DNA from: Paraspadella gotoi
Lineage: Eukaryota; Animalia; Chaetognatha
DNA length: 64,000 bases
Direction of reading: 5' to 3'
Assembly (NCBI GenBank): GCA_051294375.1
Contig: CM119263.1
Location: forward strand, 21,016,268 to 21,080,267
Shown here in pieces: positions 12,301 to 26,564 of the stretch (position 1 is the stretch's first letter; each line of letters begins with the position of its first letter). Made by a program: the position numbers and the translations under genes. The notes below the pieces were generated by a model, which was given only the letters and a program-made list of their open reading frames with translations, did not search any database and was not told where the DNA came from.

Positions 12301-15300
12301 AAAAGTGGTGGATATAGTATGTAAAAATTAGTATATGGCTTCCATTTGAAAGAGCTTGGATATTTTCTTATACATTTGGATTTAAGTATTTGTTTATATT
12401 CCACTTCATCTTGGATTACTGCAATATCAAATGAGTTTATAGATCTATTTAAGTAATGCCATAAAATATACGAAATGCTTAATCTAATTTAATATTGCAG
12501 TATTATATGAAGATGAAATTCAAAAATTTTTAAATCTATATAAAATGGGAATCAAGGAACTTTAATGAAGACTATATTTATTTTAATACAGTTAGCTCTG
12601 CAGCGGCGTCCGCGGTCACGCGCTGCCACTCACTCTATTTTTCTCTCTTATCTCTCCTCTCTCTCTTTCTCTCTTTTTTTCTCTAAAACTTGTTATTTAT
12701 CGCCATTATTCCGCGTTTATCCAATAAAATCCAATTTACATTCGAGATTTTCGGGATTTTTTCCTAAAATTTGACTTTTTTTATATAAACGAGAGAGACC
12801 CTAATAAGCTGTTGGCGGAAAATGTCCAGCTCTTCTCTCTCTCTCTCTCTCTTCTTCTTCTTTTTACTCATACACCATTTGTTTTTTTATTAGAGAATGA
12901 TTATCGGTCATGACTGCCATCGTATCAATGAATGCTTATCATCACTATCAATAGAGACTATATCGCATCAACATTTGATTATCATCACTCATACTATTCG
13001 TTATCATCGCATCAATCTTTGTTATCATTGCCATAAATATTTGTTACACATCAAAATTGGTCGATCCTATGCTTTTTTAAATAAAATTATTGATGAATTA
13101 CGAGAAGTTTTAAAAAAGCGTGTGATAATAGTAAGTTATAAAATTTAGATTGGTTTCATACTTGAAATAGCTTCTGATATTTTGTTATTACATTTGATTT
13201 AAGTATTTGGTTTGAGTTTCCCTCATATTATACTGCAATATGCAAATGATTTAGTATCATTTATAGTATCCAATTAGTATATAGAATGCTTAATTATTTA
13301 CATATTGCAGATAAATACAAAGATGAAATTCAAAATTTTTTTTTAATCTATAATAAAATGAATCAATGGAATTTTTTAATGAAACTATATCTAATAATAC
13401 AATAAAATAAAAATCGTTAAACAACCTAGAATTGAAAAAAAGTTTGTAAAAATTTTTATATTGTAACATGTACATTTGCTCTTTACTATTTAATTATAAT
13501 ATAAATTTTTTTTCAGGCGCTGCTTTTCATGATTGTATTAACACAAAAAACGAGTTCAGCGCTCGATCTCTTTTAGTATACTCTCTGTCCTCTCTTGAGG
13601 TTGTCCTCTCTGTGTACGACTTCTTGCGTGTATGTCTGTTTTTTAAAAAATTCTGATTATTTTTCTTTCTAAAAAAAATATATATTTGATCAGCGCTTTC
13701 TCTCTAATTGACTCTTTCTCTCTCTCTCTCTCTCTATCTATATATCTCTTTTTTTACAAAAAAAAATTTTTTAGTCACTTTTTTTTCACCACCGTCACTA
13801 GGCGACAGTAACGATTAAACGAGTTCCGCTCTCTCTCTCTCCTCCTCTATTAATTCGTCTCTCTCTCTGCTTCTCCTCCTACTATAATATATATTTCTCT
13901 CCTTCTTCTCTGTCTCTCTATCTCTTTCTTTTTTTTTTTAATTTTTTTTAGTCATTTTTTCACCACGCGATACACCCGTCACTGGCGACGATAAAGATTA
14001 AACGATCCGGCCCTCTCTCTCTCGATCTATATATATTTTCTTCTTCTCTCTCTATATATTATATATATTTATTTCTCTCTTCTCTCGTCTTCTCTCTCTT
14101 TTTTTTTTTTTAATTCTTTTATCACTTTTTTTCACCACCGTCAAAGCACGANNNNNNNNNNNNNNNNNNNNNNNNNAGTAAACGAGTTCCGGCTCTGCAG
14201 CGTCTGTTCAGCTTCTCTCTTCTCTCTCTCTGTCTTTCTGTCTCTCTCTCTGTACGATCGTTCGTTTTTTGAAAAATTCTTATTATTTCTTTCCTTCTAA
14301 AAACTTTTATTATCGCCATTTATTTTTTTTCTCAATACAAAATCCCAAATTTACATCCGAGATTTTCGTGAATTCATTTTAGAAAAAGGGAAGAATAACT
14401 TATAATGCAGGCAATGTCACATATACATCAACTTGTGTGACAGGTAGGCGATACCTGCTATTTATCCGGCAATTGCGCGGATTATTTTTTTTTTTGTTTC
14501 AAAAATAAAAACAGAGGTTACACAATGACATAAAGTGACATAAAAGACAATGACCTTATAACTAAAATGACCCAAAATGATATAACGATACACAACACAA
14601 TAAAATGACATAAAGGGATCAAATGTAGCTATCATGACATAACTGACGTAGTATGATATAAAAGACAATGACCTTATGACTGCAATGACCCAAAATGATA
14701 TAACGGAGTGGTCTTTTCATACAATTGAAACATTCTTTGAAATATTATACCACTTCATTGATAGGGAAGCCAGGTACTCTGGGAGTGAATAAACGAGACT
14801 GTGAGAGAGTCTTGATTGAAAGCTTGCAGTGACCTGCTATGTCATTATCTTGTAAGAGTGATGGAGGCCTTAAACCACCAAAGCCTGTCCAAAGTCAGGG
14901 GCAAGATAGCTTATTTATTAAATGAATGGATAATTTTTATATTGGTTGTACCAATTTCATATAATGACATGTCACAATAACGTAACGAATAAAGGGCCAA
15001 ACATGACTTAAATAACGTAAATGACATAAAATGACCAGACATAATTAAAATGTAACTATCTCGACAAAATTGACGTAAAATGACATAAAAAACAACAACC
15101 TTATGACTAAAATGACCCAAATTGATATAACTATATACAATGACATGACTCAATGACGTGATGAATAAAGAACCAAACATTACTTGAATGATGTGAATGA
15201 CATAAAATGACTAAACATGATTAAAATTACTTAAGGACACAATATAATAAAATGACATAAAGTGATCAAATGTAACTATCACGACATAATTAAATGAAAT

Positions 15301-17210
15301 AAAAGACAATGACCTTATGACTGAAATGACCCAAAATGATATAACGACATACAATGACATGACACAATGACGTAATGAATAAAGGACCAAACTTGGCTTA
15401 AATGACGCATCAATGAATGACTTATCGCATCAATGAATGATTATCATCCGATCAATGAAGGACATATCGCATCATGAATGATTATCATCGCATCAATGAT
15501 GACTATTATGGCATCCATCATTGTTATCAAAACATCAATCCTCGGATCATCGCATCATATTTGGTTCATCATCGCATCATCTTATTCTAGTTGGTGGCGA
15601 CTTCGCCATGCGATATTGCCAGGGCTTTGGCGATGTCGCAGTCCCCCACTGGCACTCGCCATGAAAAGTAGCGAATATATGAAAAGCGCAGCTACATGGG
15701 GATGAGCATCACTTCAGGCTCCTCTCCCAACTAACCCAAACCAAACTCCCGTTCAATCTGTGCCTCTCCCTAACCTACCCGGCTTGGCTCCCGTAATTCT
15801 CCATGCTCACCCAACCTAACGCGCTTTGATGCATCAACCACGGGCCCTCCCCAACTAACTAACCAAGCTTCTGTCAACTCTGTGCCTCTCCCTAACCGAA
15901 ACCAGGCTCATCTTCCCGTACATCTCGTGCCTCACCCTAACTTAACCGCCTTCGATGCATCAACTAGGCCCCTCCCCAACCTTAACCCTAAACTAGGCCT
16001 CCCATTCACTCATGCCTCTCCCTAAATAACAGGCCAGTCCGTACATCTCCGTGCCTCAACCCTAACCTAACCGCCTTAGATGCTCCAACATGGTCCCTCC
16101 GCAACCCAAAAAACCAGCCCCGTTCAACCCATGCCTCTCCCTAACCCTAACCAGGCCCGGTCCGTACTTCTCCGTACTCAACCCTAACCCTATTGCCTTC
16201 GATAAATAACACGGCCTCTCTCCCACCACTAACCCTAACGGGCCAGGCTTCCCGTACATTCGTCGAACAACCTAACCAATCCTTCGATATAACACGCTTC
16301 TCTCCAACCTAACCTAAACCGGGACCAAGGGCCTCGTACATCCGGCTCAACCCTAACACTAAACGGGGCTCTTGGCATCAACAACCCTCCTACCCTATCC
16401 TAACAAAATGACATTAATAATAAGCCTAAAAAACTTAACTTAACTTCAACCCTAACCTACCTAAACTACTTAACCCTAACCTAAACTACTCAACCCTAAC
16501 CCTATACCATACTCATACTCTAACCTAAGATCTGAGTTAGTTTAGGCGAAAATGCATAATATATAGCTAGATTTAGTTCACAGCTAAATGCAAATGCGAG
16601 GGGTCAATGGCTAGTCGCTGATTGGCGTATGGCACTGACTACATCACGTTCTAGTTATTCGATTCGCACTAAACTAAACTCAATTGTAGAGGTTGAGTTG
16701 GTTTAGGTTAGGTTGAGGGTAGATTAGGTTAGGTTGAGTTGTAGTAGTTAGGGTTAGTTGAGTATTAGGGTTAGGTGAGTAGTCTAGGTTAGGTTGGGTG
16801 AGTAAAGTTAGTTTATTTTAGGCTTATTANNNNNNNNNNNNNNNNNNNNNNNNNNNNNNNNNNNNNNNNNNNNNNNNNNNNNNNNNNNNNNNNNNNNNNN
16901 NNNNNNNNNNNNNNNNNNNNNNNNAGGGTTAGGGTTGAGTAGTTTAGGGTTAGGGTTGAGTAGTCTAGGGTTAGGGTTAGGGTTGAGTAAAGTTAAGTTT
17001 ATTTTAGGCTTATTATTAATGTCAATTTTAGGGATAGGGGTAGGGGAGGGTGTTGTTGATGACCAAGAGGCCCGCGTTAGGTACTGGCGAGGAACATTAG
17101 GGATTAGGGTTGAGGCACGGAGATGTACCGGAGGCCTGGGCCCGGTTTAGGGTTAGGGTTGGGAGAGAGACCCGTGGGTTATATATCAAAGGCGATTAGG
17201 GTTAGGGTTG
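6370..17210 (+). repeat. Copy 2 (very noisy) of ~12-kb unit
   Basis: 6370 aligns with ~18445 (offset ~12.07 kb) and stays collinear through the telomere-like element. Differences are mostly 1-nt indels plus C-rich garbled patches (7300-7740, 8330-8560). Confidence 0.88.
15585..17210. mobile_element. Second (noisy, gap-truncated) copy of the telomere-like foldback element
   Basis: Same left terminus, CCCTAA arm, central hairpin (16530-16682) and start of the TTAGGG arm. Confidence 0.75.
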
Positions 17211-17759
17211 NNNNNNNNNNNNNNNNNNNNNNNNNNNNNNNNNNNNNNNNNNNNNNNNNNNNNNNNNNNNNNNNNNNNNNNNNNNNNNNNNNNNNNNNNN
17301 NNNNNNNNNNGCGAGATCTCCGTCTAAAACTATTATCATTTTGAGAAGTTTGTCTCGCCCGCTGATTTTGGACAGGCTATGGTAAGTTAAGGCCTCCACT
17401 AACATTAGGTTTAAACTCTACAATAAAAATAAATGATTTATTGATTTAATGATTTGGTTTATTTTTATTTTGTTTATTGGTTTATTATAGCAACGGCCGT
17501 TTGCCTGTTTATGCCTAATGGAAAATGGGGCATCTCACTGTTGGGCTTTGTGGGCTTCCGACCTTCAGTGACGCATCTAGTCACTGGGCGGTTCCGCCTA
17601 GGACGGTCCCTGCTTTTTGCTAATGCAGAGACGGAAATCGTTAGGACTGTGGATGGAACACTAACACCTGGATGGTGAGTTCCCCTCTGAGCCATGGATT
17701 TGGCTGAACGAAGGTTAATTTATTTTATTATGGATAAGGCGCTATGCTGTGCTGAAGAT

Positions 17760-20179
17760 TAAGGCGTAGTGGAGAGTTACATGCGAAAATTCTAAAAGTC
17801 AATTATGAAACCACAGTACCATCAGTTGCACATTAATTTGGTAAAAAAAAAATTAAATTTTATGTTTTTTATTTTTGCAGTAAGGCCTATATTTGGCATT
17901 CGAACAAAACCTCGTACGTTTTTAAAATCGGCTAATAAATAAATGAATTTTTCGCTACGAAAGTTTTTTATTCGTTACGCGAATTCGATCGAATAAAAAA
18001 AATTTTAAAAAATTTTTTAAAAATCGATTTTCGTTTTTGTTAAGTTTTCGATCTTATAATTCATTATATTTTTTATAATGAGAAAATATTTTTCTAAAAA
18101 ATGTATATGAAATTGGTACAACTAAATATAGAAATTATCCATCATTTTAATAATTAAAGCTATCTTGCCCATTCTTTGGACAGCTTTGGTGGCGTTTAAG
18201 GCCTCCATCACTCTTACAAATAAATGGCAAGGTCTCTGCAAGCTTTGAATGAAGACTCAAATCACAGTCTGGTTTACTCATCTCCAGAGTACCTGGCCTT
18301 CCTATCAGGAAGTCGAGATAATGTTTCAAAGAATATTTAAAATTCAAATTGGCACCATAATTTTAAATGGTTCATCGCTTTTGCTTTTGTAAGTCGCTAT
18401 GCCTATGGTTAACATTAATTATTTTAGTTACTCATGGTAATGGCAAAAAACAATTATATTTATTAGCATTTTATCATATTTTAAGCCACACTACGAATAA
18501 GTAAGACCGAATAACTAAGGTGAAAAAGAATCAAATTATAATGAAAAAAAAATTTTTGAACAATTTTAAATGTCAAAAATCAAAAGTAAACAGAAGACGA
18601 ACCGCCACAGGAAGATTCTGACAAAAAACGCTGCGTCATTAGGAGTTCGCGAAGAGAAAACCGTGCAAGCGTGAATACACCAAAATCAAACAAGAACGAG
18701 CCAGGGTCGCGCGCCTTTAACTGGACAGTGGAACGAATGAGAGGTGGCCTGAATCCCAGCGAAGAGAGATAATCTTTGAGGGCGATGGGCGCGAGAAAAA
18801 GAGAGCGTTGGAACAAGGAACTTTCGCAAGAACCTGGGAAGTTGTGACGAGTCCGAGGAGCGCAGTGATGAGGCTGCAAAACAAGGAGAAAATGCAACCA
18901 ATGTGAAATCCAAATTATTACTTTCTTTTATTAAAACTTTTTTTAAACAAGTTTGAGGAAACTGTGGATCTGCAAGTTAAGAAAAAGATGCACAGTTAAA
19001 AAAATGATACAAGTTGAAAAAAATGACGTCAAATTTTAAAAATGGATGCAAACTTTTTTGGAAAAAATGATATGATTGAAAAAGATGATGTGAAGTGGGA
19101 ATAAAATTGATGCGAGTTAAAAAAGAATTTAAAATCTTGTGATTTATTCATCTGATTAGCTGATTACCGCTTAATTATCGTAGGCAATCGACTTGTTGTG
19201 CTCAAACTTGTTTTTTGATATCCAGATCACTAATCATTAATTTATTCAAAAACGCTGATTAAACATGAAAGCCGCAAAAAAAAATTATTAATGAAGTCTT
19301 GTCGGTTGACGAGTAATTGAAAAACAAGTCGGGGCACTCTCAATTCCCAAATATTTTACCAACTGCAATACTTTATATCCTTAAAAAATAATAATTTTTA
19401 AACTAAAGGTAAATTAATTGTCAATTCAACGTTTCATTTAACATTTTTCTAATACAAACTGAAAAAGATATTCCAAAAAAAACAATGAATTTGTTGAAGT
19501 TGAAACTCCAGTAGTTATTTTTTTTCAATGTTTGGAAACTGTTTCTTTGACGGATTCGTTGATGGCAGGACAAAAGGAAAAAAAAAACACGACCCAAAAA
19601 ACAGTTTCGGACGCGGAAGATCTTTTCGATTCGAATAAACGATCTTTTAACGTAACGAGGTTTTTGTTTGAGATGCTATAGTATGTACTTCCTTTATAAA
19701 AATCGAAAAATTTTAAAAATAGGCTTTTTTTTAATTTTGATTGCAGATTGGAATTCCTTGTCAACGAGTTGATAAAAGCAAAATTAAATAATTTTTAAAA
19801 AATTCTTTCATCTAAGTGGGGTTAAAAATTTAAACAAACTATATTTAATATATAAAAAGTTAATTTTCAGCTTAAAAAGTTAGCTTTTTCTAAATTTTTG
19901 ACCCCTTAATGAAGGAATTTTTCAAAAAGACGGTTATATTTCTTTCTATCAACTTTTTTATGACGAATCCAAATTTGCAACAAAAATCTTAGAAAAACTG
20001 TTTTGAAATTTAACATTTATCGGTTCTGTAACTAGTATACTGGCCTACTGCGTAAATTGTAAAATTTTTATAAATTCTTTTATCAACATAAATGTTCAAT
20101 TAATATACATATTATTCCGTTCCTCATTTTTAAAAATTCTATTAAAGATAAGTTCTAGAAAATTTTTTAACTACGCCTT
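17760..20179. mobile_element. Non-autonomous hAT-type DNA transposon (~2.4 kb)
   Basis: 11-bp TIRs TAAGGCGTAGT (17760-17770) / ACTACGCCTT(A) (20170-20179; intact at 530-540 in copy 1). An 8-bp direct repeat CTGAAGAT flanks it (17752-17759; 20180-20187; 541-548). An 8-bp TSD with TAAGG termini fits hAT. Confidence 0.75.
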
Positions 20180-20518
20180 CTGAAGATGACTGTCCCCGTA
20201 ACTTCTATAACCCCTCAGGATCCGTGGAAACTAGGGTACCTGGGCTTGGAACCAGGCTTGAGGGTTTGCCATGCCCCCAAGGCGGTTTCGGCCGTCTCTC
20301 ACGCTTCCCGCAGGGTAGGTAACCGGTTGAGATTGAACGCCGGATACTAGTAGTAGTTCATGAGCTGATGCTTTACTCTATGAGCAACCGTTTCACAACT
20401 AAGAAGTGTGTTATGCTCTTCTAGGCGGGTGAACCTAGGCAATGCCGACTACATGTTATTTAATAATTAATTAATTTAATATTATTAATTAATTAATTAA
20501 TTTAATTAATTTATTTTT

Positions 20519-20561
<43 letters not shown>

Positions 20562-20675
20562 TTATTATTTTATTTATTTATTTATATCTATATTTATTCT
20601 ATTTATTTTATTCTTTTTATTTATTTTATTAATTTATTTATTGTATTTATTGTATTTTTATTTAGTTTTATTATA

Positions 20676-20706
<31 letters not shown>

Positions 20707-21214
20707 TAATTTTATTTATTTATTTATTTTATTTATTTATTTATGTTTTATATTATAGAAGGTATAATATTATATATAGTAGGGCATTGGGAACACTCCA
20801 CTATATAGGTTTAAACTATGCCATCTTTTATATATAATAAGGCTGTGACTTAGCGAACTCATACAATCGTCAAAGATCGTCTTGTGCGCGGCAGGGTTAC
20901 CGTCACTCTCTCTTTTCTATCAGGGGCTCCTTTTGCGCGTCTTCACCCTTCCTATCGCACGCAGTTTTTTCTCTCTCTCTCTCTCTCTTCTCTCTCTCTT
21001 TCTCTCTCTCTCTCTCGTCTCTCTCTCTTCCCGGGCCGCGCGAGGGTTTAGAAATGACGACGCGCGTTTTCTCACGTTTCTTCTCACTGCCGCCTTTTTT
21101 CTTTTTCCTCAGTTTTTTTGTTCGCGTCCTCTCTCTCACCGAAGTGAATTTTTTTATGTCCGGAATTCGCGACTTTCGGATTCTGTTTCTCTCTCTCTGT
21201 CTCCATCTCTCCCG

Positions 21215-21246
<32 letters not shown>

Positions 21247-24200
21247 TCTCTCTCTTCTCTCTCTTCTTGCTCTCATCTATCTCTCTCTTCTCATCGTTTG
21301 CTGGAAAGAAACGCAAAAGCTGCAGAGCGAAATTTAAAAGGAAGTTTTTTTACGATCTTCGCAACAAAGTGGGTTGAAAGAAGGGAAAGCGCCCATCTTA
21401 GATCTTTTTTGTAAGACACAACAAAATAAAATGGAAATAATTTATTACTGTTAACTTTCATTCTGCAACAGAAAATAATTAAAATGCAATGGCATGAAAT
21501 GTATAATATTCAGCGATAAATAGAAGGATCGTCATCATACTCAGGTAATTTTGAAGTAATACCTAGAGCTTTGACATCCGATGATGACTCTCTCTCACTC
21601 TCTATCCTGCCTTTCTCTTTCCCTTCCTCTTTCGCCAATGGTCTCCTCTCTTTCCTTTTTTGCCAGCTTCCGCTTCCAGTGACCTCTCTCTGATATCCTT
21701 TTCTCTTAGATCGTTCCTTATCATCGACCTTTTCAATCACTCCTTCGTCGAGGAGTTGACCTCCTTTCTCCAAATAACAATTTTGTTACACTCAACTCGC
21801 TAATAAAATATTTAGTAATAATGTAATAGTATTGAATAAATTTGATTGATGGGTAAACTTTTAAGGTTACTGTAAATATGTAAAAGGTTTATTCCTATTT
21901 CTTTCACCAACAAACATGGCTAAAAATTGGACTCCAATCCAAAACTACATTGAGACGCAAATTCCTTACCTCTCTTAACATATTTTTTTCTATCGCCTTT
22001 CCTCCCACTTTTTTAGTCCGGATCTGCGTTATCAAGCAGATCCTGACTCTATAATTCAACTTTGTCGGTCCGTCGGTCCCGCCCCCTGCCCAATATTGTC
22101 GGGCAATAACTTATTACTGTCAGCAACAATCGAATTATGATATTATGCAAAAAAAACCTGTTTCACTAATTGATTATCTTCTTTTTCCTTTTGTATGTAT
22201 TAATAAACTCAAATAATTAATCAATTATCAATCAGTAATCGTTATCGGCATTATTCTCATCCATCGTCATTGATTTTTGTCCGTTGTTAAGTGACAAAAA
22301 GACCTAAAAACAAAATTATGGGATCAAATTAATTAATAAATTTGCCTGATTAATTATTAATTTAACTTGAATTATTAATTATTAATCTAATTAATTACGA
22401 TAATGATCGTGGGCAGATCCGACATTTTTTTTCTCAAAAACTTGTTTCTATCTCTTTCTATCTTTTTTTGGCAATCACAAGAATTAAAACTTGCTCCATT
22501 TTTCGCTTCGTCGGTTTATGTCGCGATTTAAATTTCTATCGAGGAAAGAAGCTTTCGGATTTTTGTTCAAGTTCGGATTTGTCGATTTCATATGAAGGAT
22601 CGGTTATTTATGGATCGGGGTGCAAGGATTCGTGTGGAAAAAAATTAAAAGATGGGTATTAAAGGCGTAGTGAAAGGTTGCAGATCAAAATTCGAATAGT
22701 TAATCCTGAACAGTCCTTGGACTAAAGAACATTGATATATAATTTTTTCTTTTAATTTTCTCAAATTTTCGCATACGCCCATATTTTATAACATTAGTAC
22801 TTACCATAGAAAATATTTAACAATTTTAAAATAATGTTTTCTAGTTTTTTGAAGAAGTTTCGAATTTCTCATAAAAAAGTTGATAAGAAAAATATAAGTC
22901 TTAATCAAAATTCTTTCCATTAAGTTAGCCAAAAATTTTAAAAAATATATTTTTTATGCTACATTTAATTATAGTTTAATAATAATATTTTTTTATGATT
23001 TGATCCACTAATGAAATAATTTTCTAAAAAGAGTTGTTTCCTTTTATCAACTTTCCGTTGGAATTCGAATCTGCTTTTAAAAAATAAGAAAAAAACATTT
23101 TTTAAAATTTTGACATCCGGGGAATGGTGTTGGAGATGATCGGGAAGCATTCTGTGTAGATGCCGAACTGCAAAAGTTCATGACGGCTATTTTTAGATAT
23201 AGCGGTTTTTGGAGAAATATTCATTGAGCGCTGACTGTTGCATTTGAATCTTTGACATTTTTAATCACAGCTTCTATTTAAACGTTTGCAATGAATTAAA
23301 ATATAAAAAAAGGAAAAAGCAAAAAAAAGTATAATTTAAAAACTTAAAAGTTTTACTGCAAGCGGCTCCGCAAGCTTTTCTTGTTAATTACCAATTTGCA
23401 AAGCTCAAGACGGGATTGAACGCCTTAAAGGGTTTTTCGCCTTCGCCTTTCCCATTTCCCGTTGCCGGATTTCCTACTTTTTTTTCTGCCTGTGATAAAA
23501 ACGATGGTAACACTTTGGGATAAATAAACTTGAGAACCTATTACATCCGGTTAGCGATTCTTCCCGTATCATCACAATCGTCGTATAAATCGATGATGAC
23601 GTGATTTTATTTTTTCCTTCTTTCTTTCATTATTTTATCTGTGGTCGTTGGTTTTTAATTTGGCGCGAGGAAGACTTTTAATTTTTTTTGTAGAACATTT
23701 TTACTGTCCGCTGATCTTTATGTCATTTTAATTTTAATATAAATTTATATTTTATATCAGAATGTCCATAAAATCCAGTTAAAACACAAGTTAGGACGGT
23801 CGATGCCTTTTTTTGACAGTCATGAGTCCGCACTATCATTGATTAAAGATTTTAAGTTCCGTACATGGTAACAATTTTTACAAGCGCCGGTAGAAAAGAC
23901 GCTGTCATTTGCAAACCCATGAAAATTTTTATCGAGCCTAACGGCGAAGCCGTTCAGGCTCGATAGTGTGGCTGTCGGGTGACGTCTGTTTGTGACGTGG
24001 CGTCTCTCTCTGCGTCCGCCGCTTTTTTTATAGAAACCGGTAAGGCGGTTGTAGTAGTGTTCCGCTACTTGACTTTTTGTCTATCGCTGACTGGCGCGTT
24101 TCAGGGCTCCGAGGTGAAGTTCACGTCTCGTTATGTCCTCGTTTGGTTCCGCGGTTGGGTGAGGTGGTGACGTACGTGAAGAAGCCGTTTTGGTGTGTGT

Positions 24201-24809
24201 TGGGTCGTTTTTTAAATAAATTTTTTTTTAAATAATATATTAATTATGATGAAGTTTTATAAGAAGTGTGCGATATGTAAGTTAAAAATTTAGATATGGC
24301 TTCTATCTAAAAGCTCTGATATTCTTATTACATTTTGGTTTAAGTATTGTTGTTTGAATTTCATTCATTTTGATTTACGCCATATCAATGAGGTTATAGT
24401 ACTCATATAGTATCCAATTGAATATAGAATGCTTTAATCTATCTACATATTGCAGTATGTAATATTGAAGATGGAATAAAAATTGTCTATATAAGGGATC
24501 AAAGAACTTTTAATGAGAGCTATATCTTAATTTATACAGTAGCTCATGCAGCGCGGATCCAGCGGCGGTCCAGCGCTGTCCAGCTTCACTCTATCTTTTT
24601 CTCTCTCTCTTTCTCTCTCTCTCTCCTCTTTCTCTCTCCTTTTTCCTTCTAAAAACTTTTATATCGCCATTTATTCCGGTGTTTATTCTCAATACCAAAA
24701 TCCCAAATACATTCGAGATTTTCGTGTTTTTTTCCTAAAAATTCTGATTATTTTTAAATAAAAACGAGAGAGACTAATAATGCGTCGTTGGCGGGAAAAA
24801 CTGTCCAGC

Positions 24810-24841
<32 letters not shown>

Positions 24842-26564
24842 TTTTCACTCATACACGCAGTGTTTGTTTTATTTAGGATGAATGATTCATCGCGTCAATG
24901 ACGAGCATCGTATCAATGAATGCTTATCATCATATCAAATAATGACTATCATCGCATCAATCATTTGATATCATACATCAGTCATTTCGTTATCATCGCA
25001 TCAATTATTGGTTATCATTGCATCAATATTTGGTTACCATCAAAAGTTGACTCGATCCTTATGCTTTTTTAAATAAAAATTATTATGAATTACGATGAAG
25101 TTTTAAAAAGCGTGGTAATAGTAGTTAAAAATTTAGATATGCTTCTCATCTTGAAAAGCTCTGATATTTGTTATTACATTTGGATTTAAGTATTTTTGTT
25201 TGAATTCCACTTCATTATTATTTACTGCATATGCAAATGAGATTATAGTACTCATTAATAGTATCCAACTAGTATATAGAAAATGCTTTAATTAATTTAC
25301 ATATTGCAGTATATAATATTGAAGAGATGAAATTCAAAATTTTTTTTTAAATTCTATAATAAAAATGGGAACTCAAAGGAACTTTTTAATGAGAAGCTAT
25401 ATCTTAATTTTAATACAAATAAAAATAAAATCGTTAAAACCTATGATTGAAAAAAATTGGAAAAATTTCCATTGTAAAACCATTGTAAATTTTTGCCCTT
25501 TCTTTTATCTATTTTTAATTATATATATATTTTTTTCAGGCGTGCTGCCTTTTCTGAATTGTTTAAAACGAGTCAGGCTCTTTCAGTCTTTTTAGTATCT
25601 CCTCTGTCTCTCTCTGGTGGCCGGGTCTCTCTGTTGTACGATCTCTGCCGTGATCTTCGTTTAAAAAAAATTCTGATTATTTTTTTCTTCTAAAAAAAAT
25701 ATATATTTGATCAGGCGCTTATCTCTCCTATCTGACTCTTCTCTCTCTCTCTCTCTCTTCCTCTATCTATCTATCTCTTTTTTTTTTACAAAAAAATTTT
25801 TTAGTCACTTTTTTTTTCACCACCGTCACTAGCGACAAGTAAACGATTAAACGAGTTCCGGCTCTCTCTCTCTCTCTCTCTATATATATTTCCTCTCTCT
25901 CTCTCTCTCTCGTCTATATTATATATATTTCTCTCTCTCTCTCTCTCTGTCTCTCTATCTCTTTTTTTTTTTTTTTTAATTTTTTAGTCACTTTTTTTTC
26001 ACCACCGTCACTAGGCGACGAGTAAACGATTAAACGAGTTCCGGCTCTCTTTTTTCTTTTTTTCCCTTCTTTCTTTAATATATATATTTTCTTTCTCTCT
26101 TTTCCTATCTATATTATTTCTCTCTCTCTCTCCTGTCTTCTCTATACTCTTTTTTTTTTTTTTTTAATTTTTTTAGTCACTTTTTTTTCACCACCGTCAC
26201 TAGGCGACGAGTAAACGAGTCCGGCTCTGCAGCGTTCTGTTCAGCTTTCTCTCTCCTTCTCATATCTTCTCTGTTTTCTTCTGTGTCGTCTCTCTCTGTA
26301 CGATCTGCTTGCGTACGTTTTTTAAAAATTGCTTGATTATTTCTTTCTAAAACTTTTATTATCGCATTTATTTTTTTCTCAATACAAAATCCCAAATTTA
26401 CATCCGAGATTTTCGTGAATTCATTTTAGAAAAGGGAAGAATAACTTTATAATGCAGGCAATGTCACATATACATCAACTTGTGTGACAGGTAGGCGATA
26501 CCTGTATTTATCCGCAATTGCGGATTATTTTTTTTTTGTTTCAAAAATAAAACAGAGGTTACAC

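Noticed and set aside
15720-17210. True telomere or end-to-end fusion site
   Set aside because: The hexamers are interrupted, embedded in a TIR-bounded element, and in CCCTAA-then-TTAGGG order, opposite to a fusion scar.
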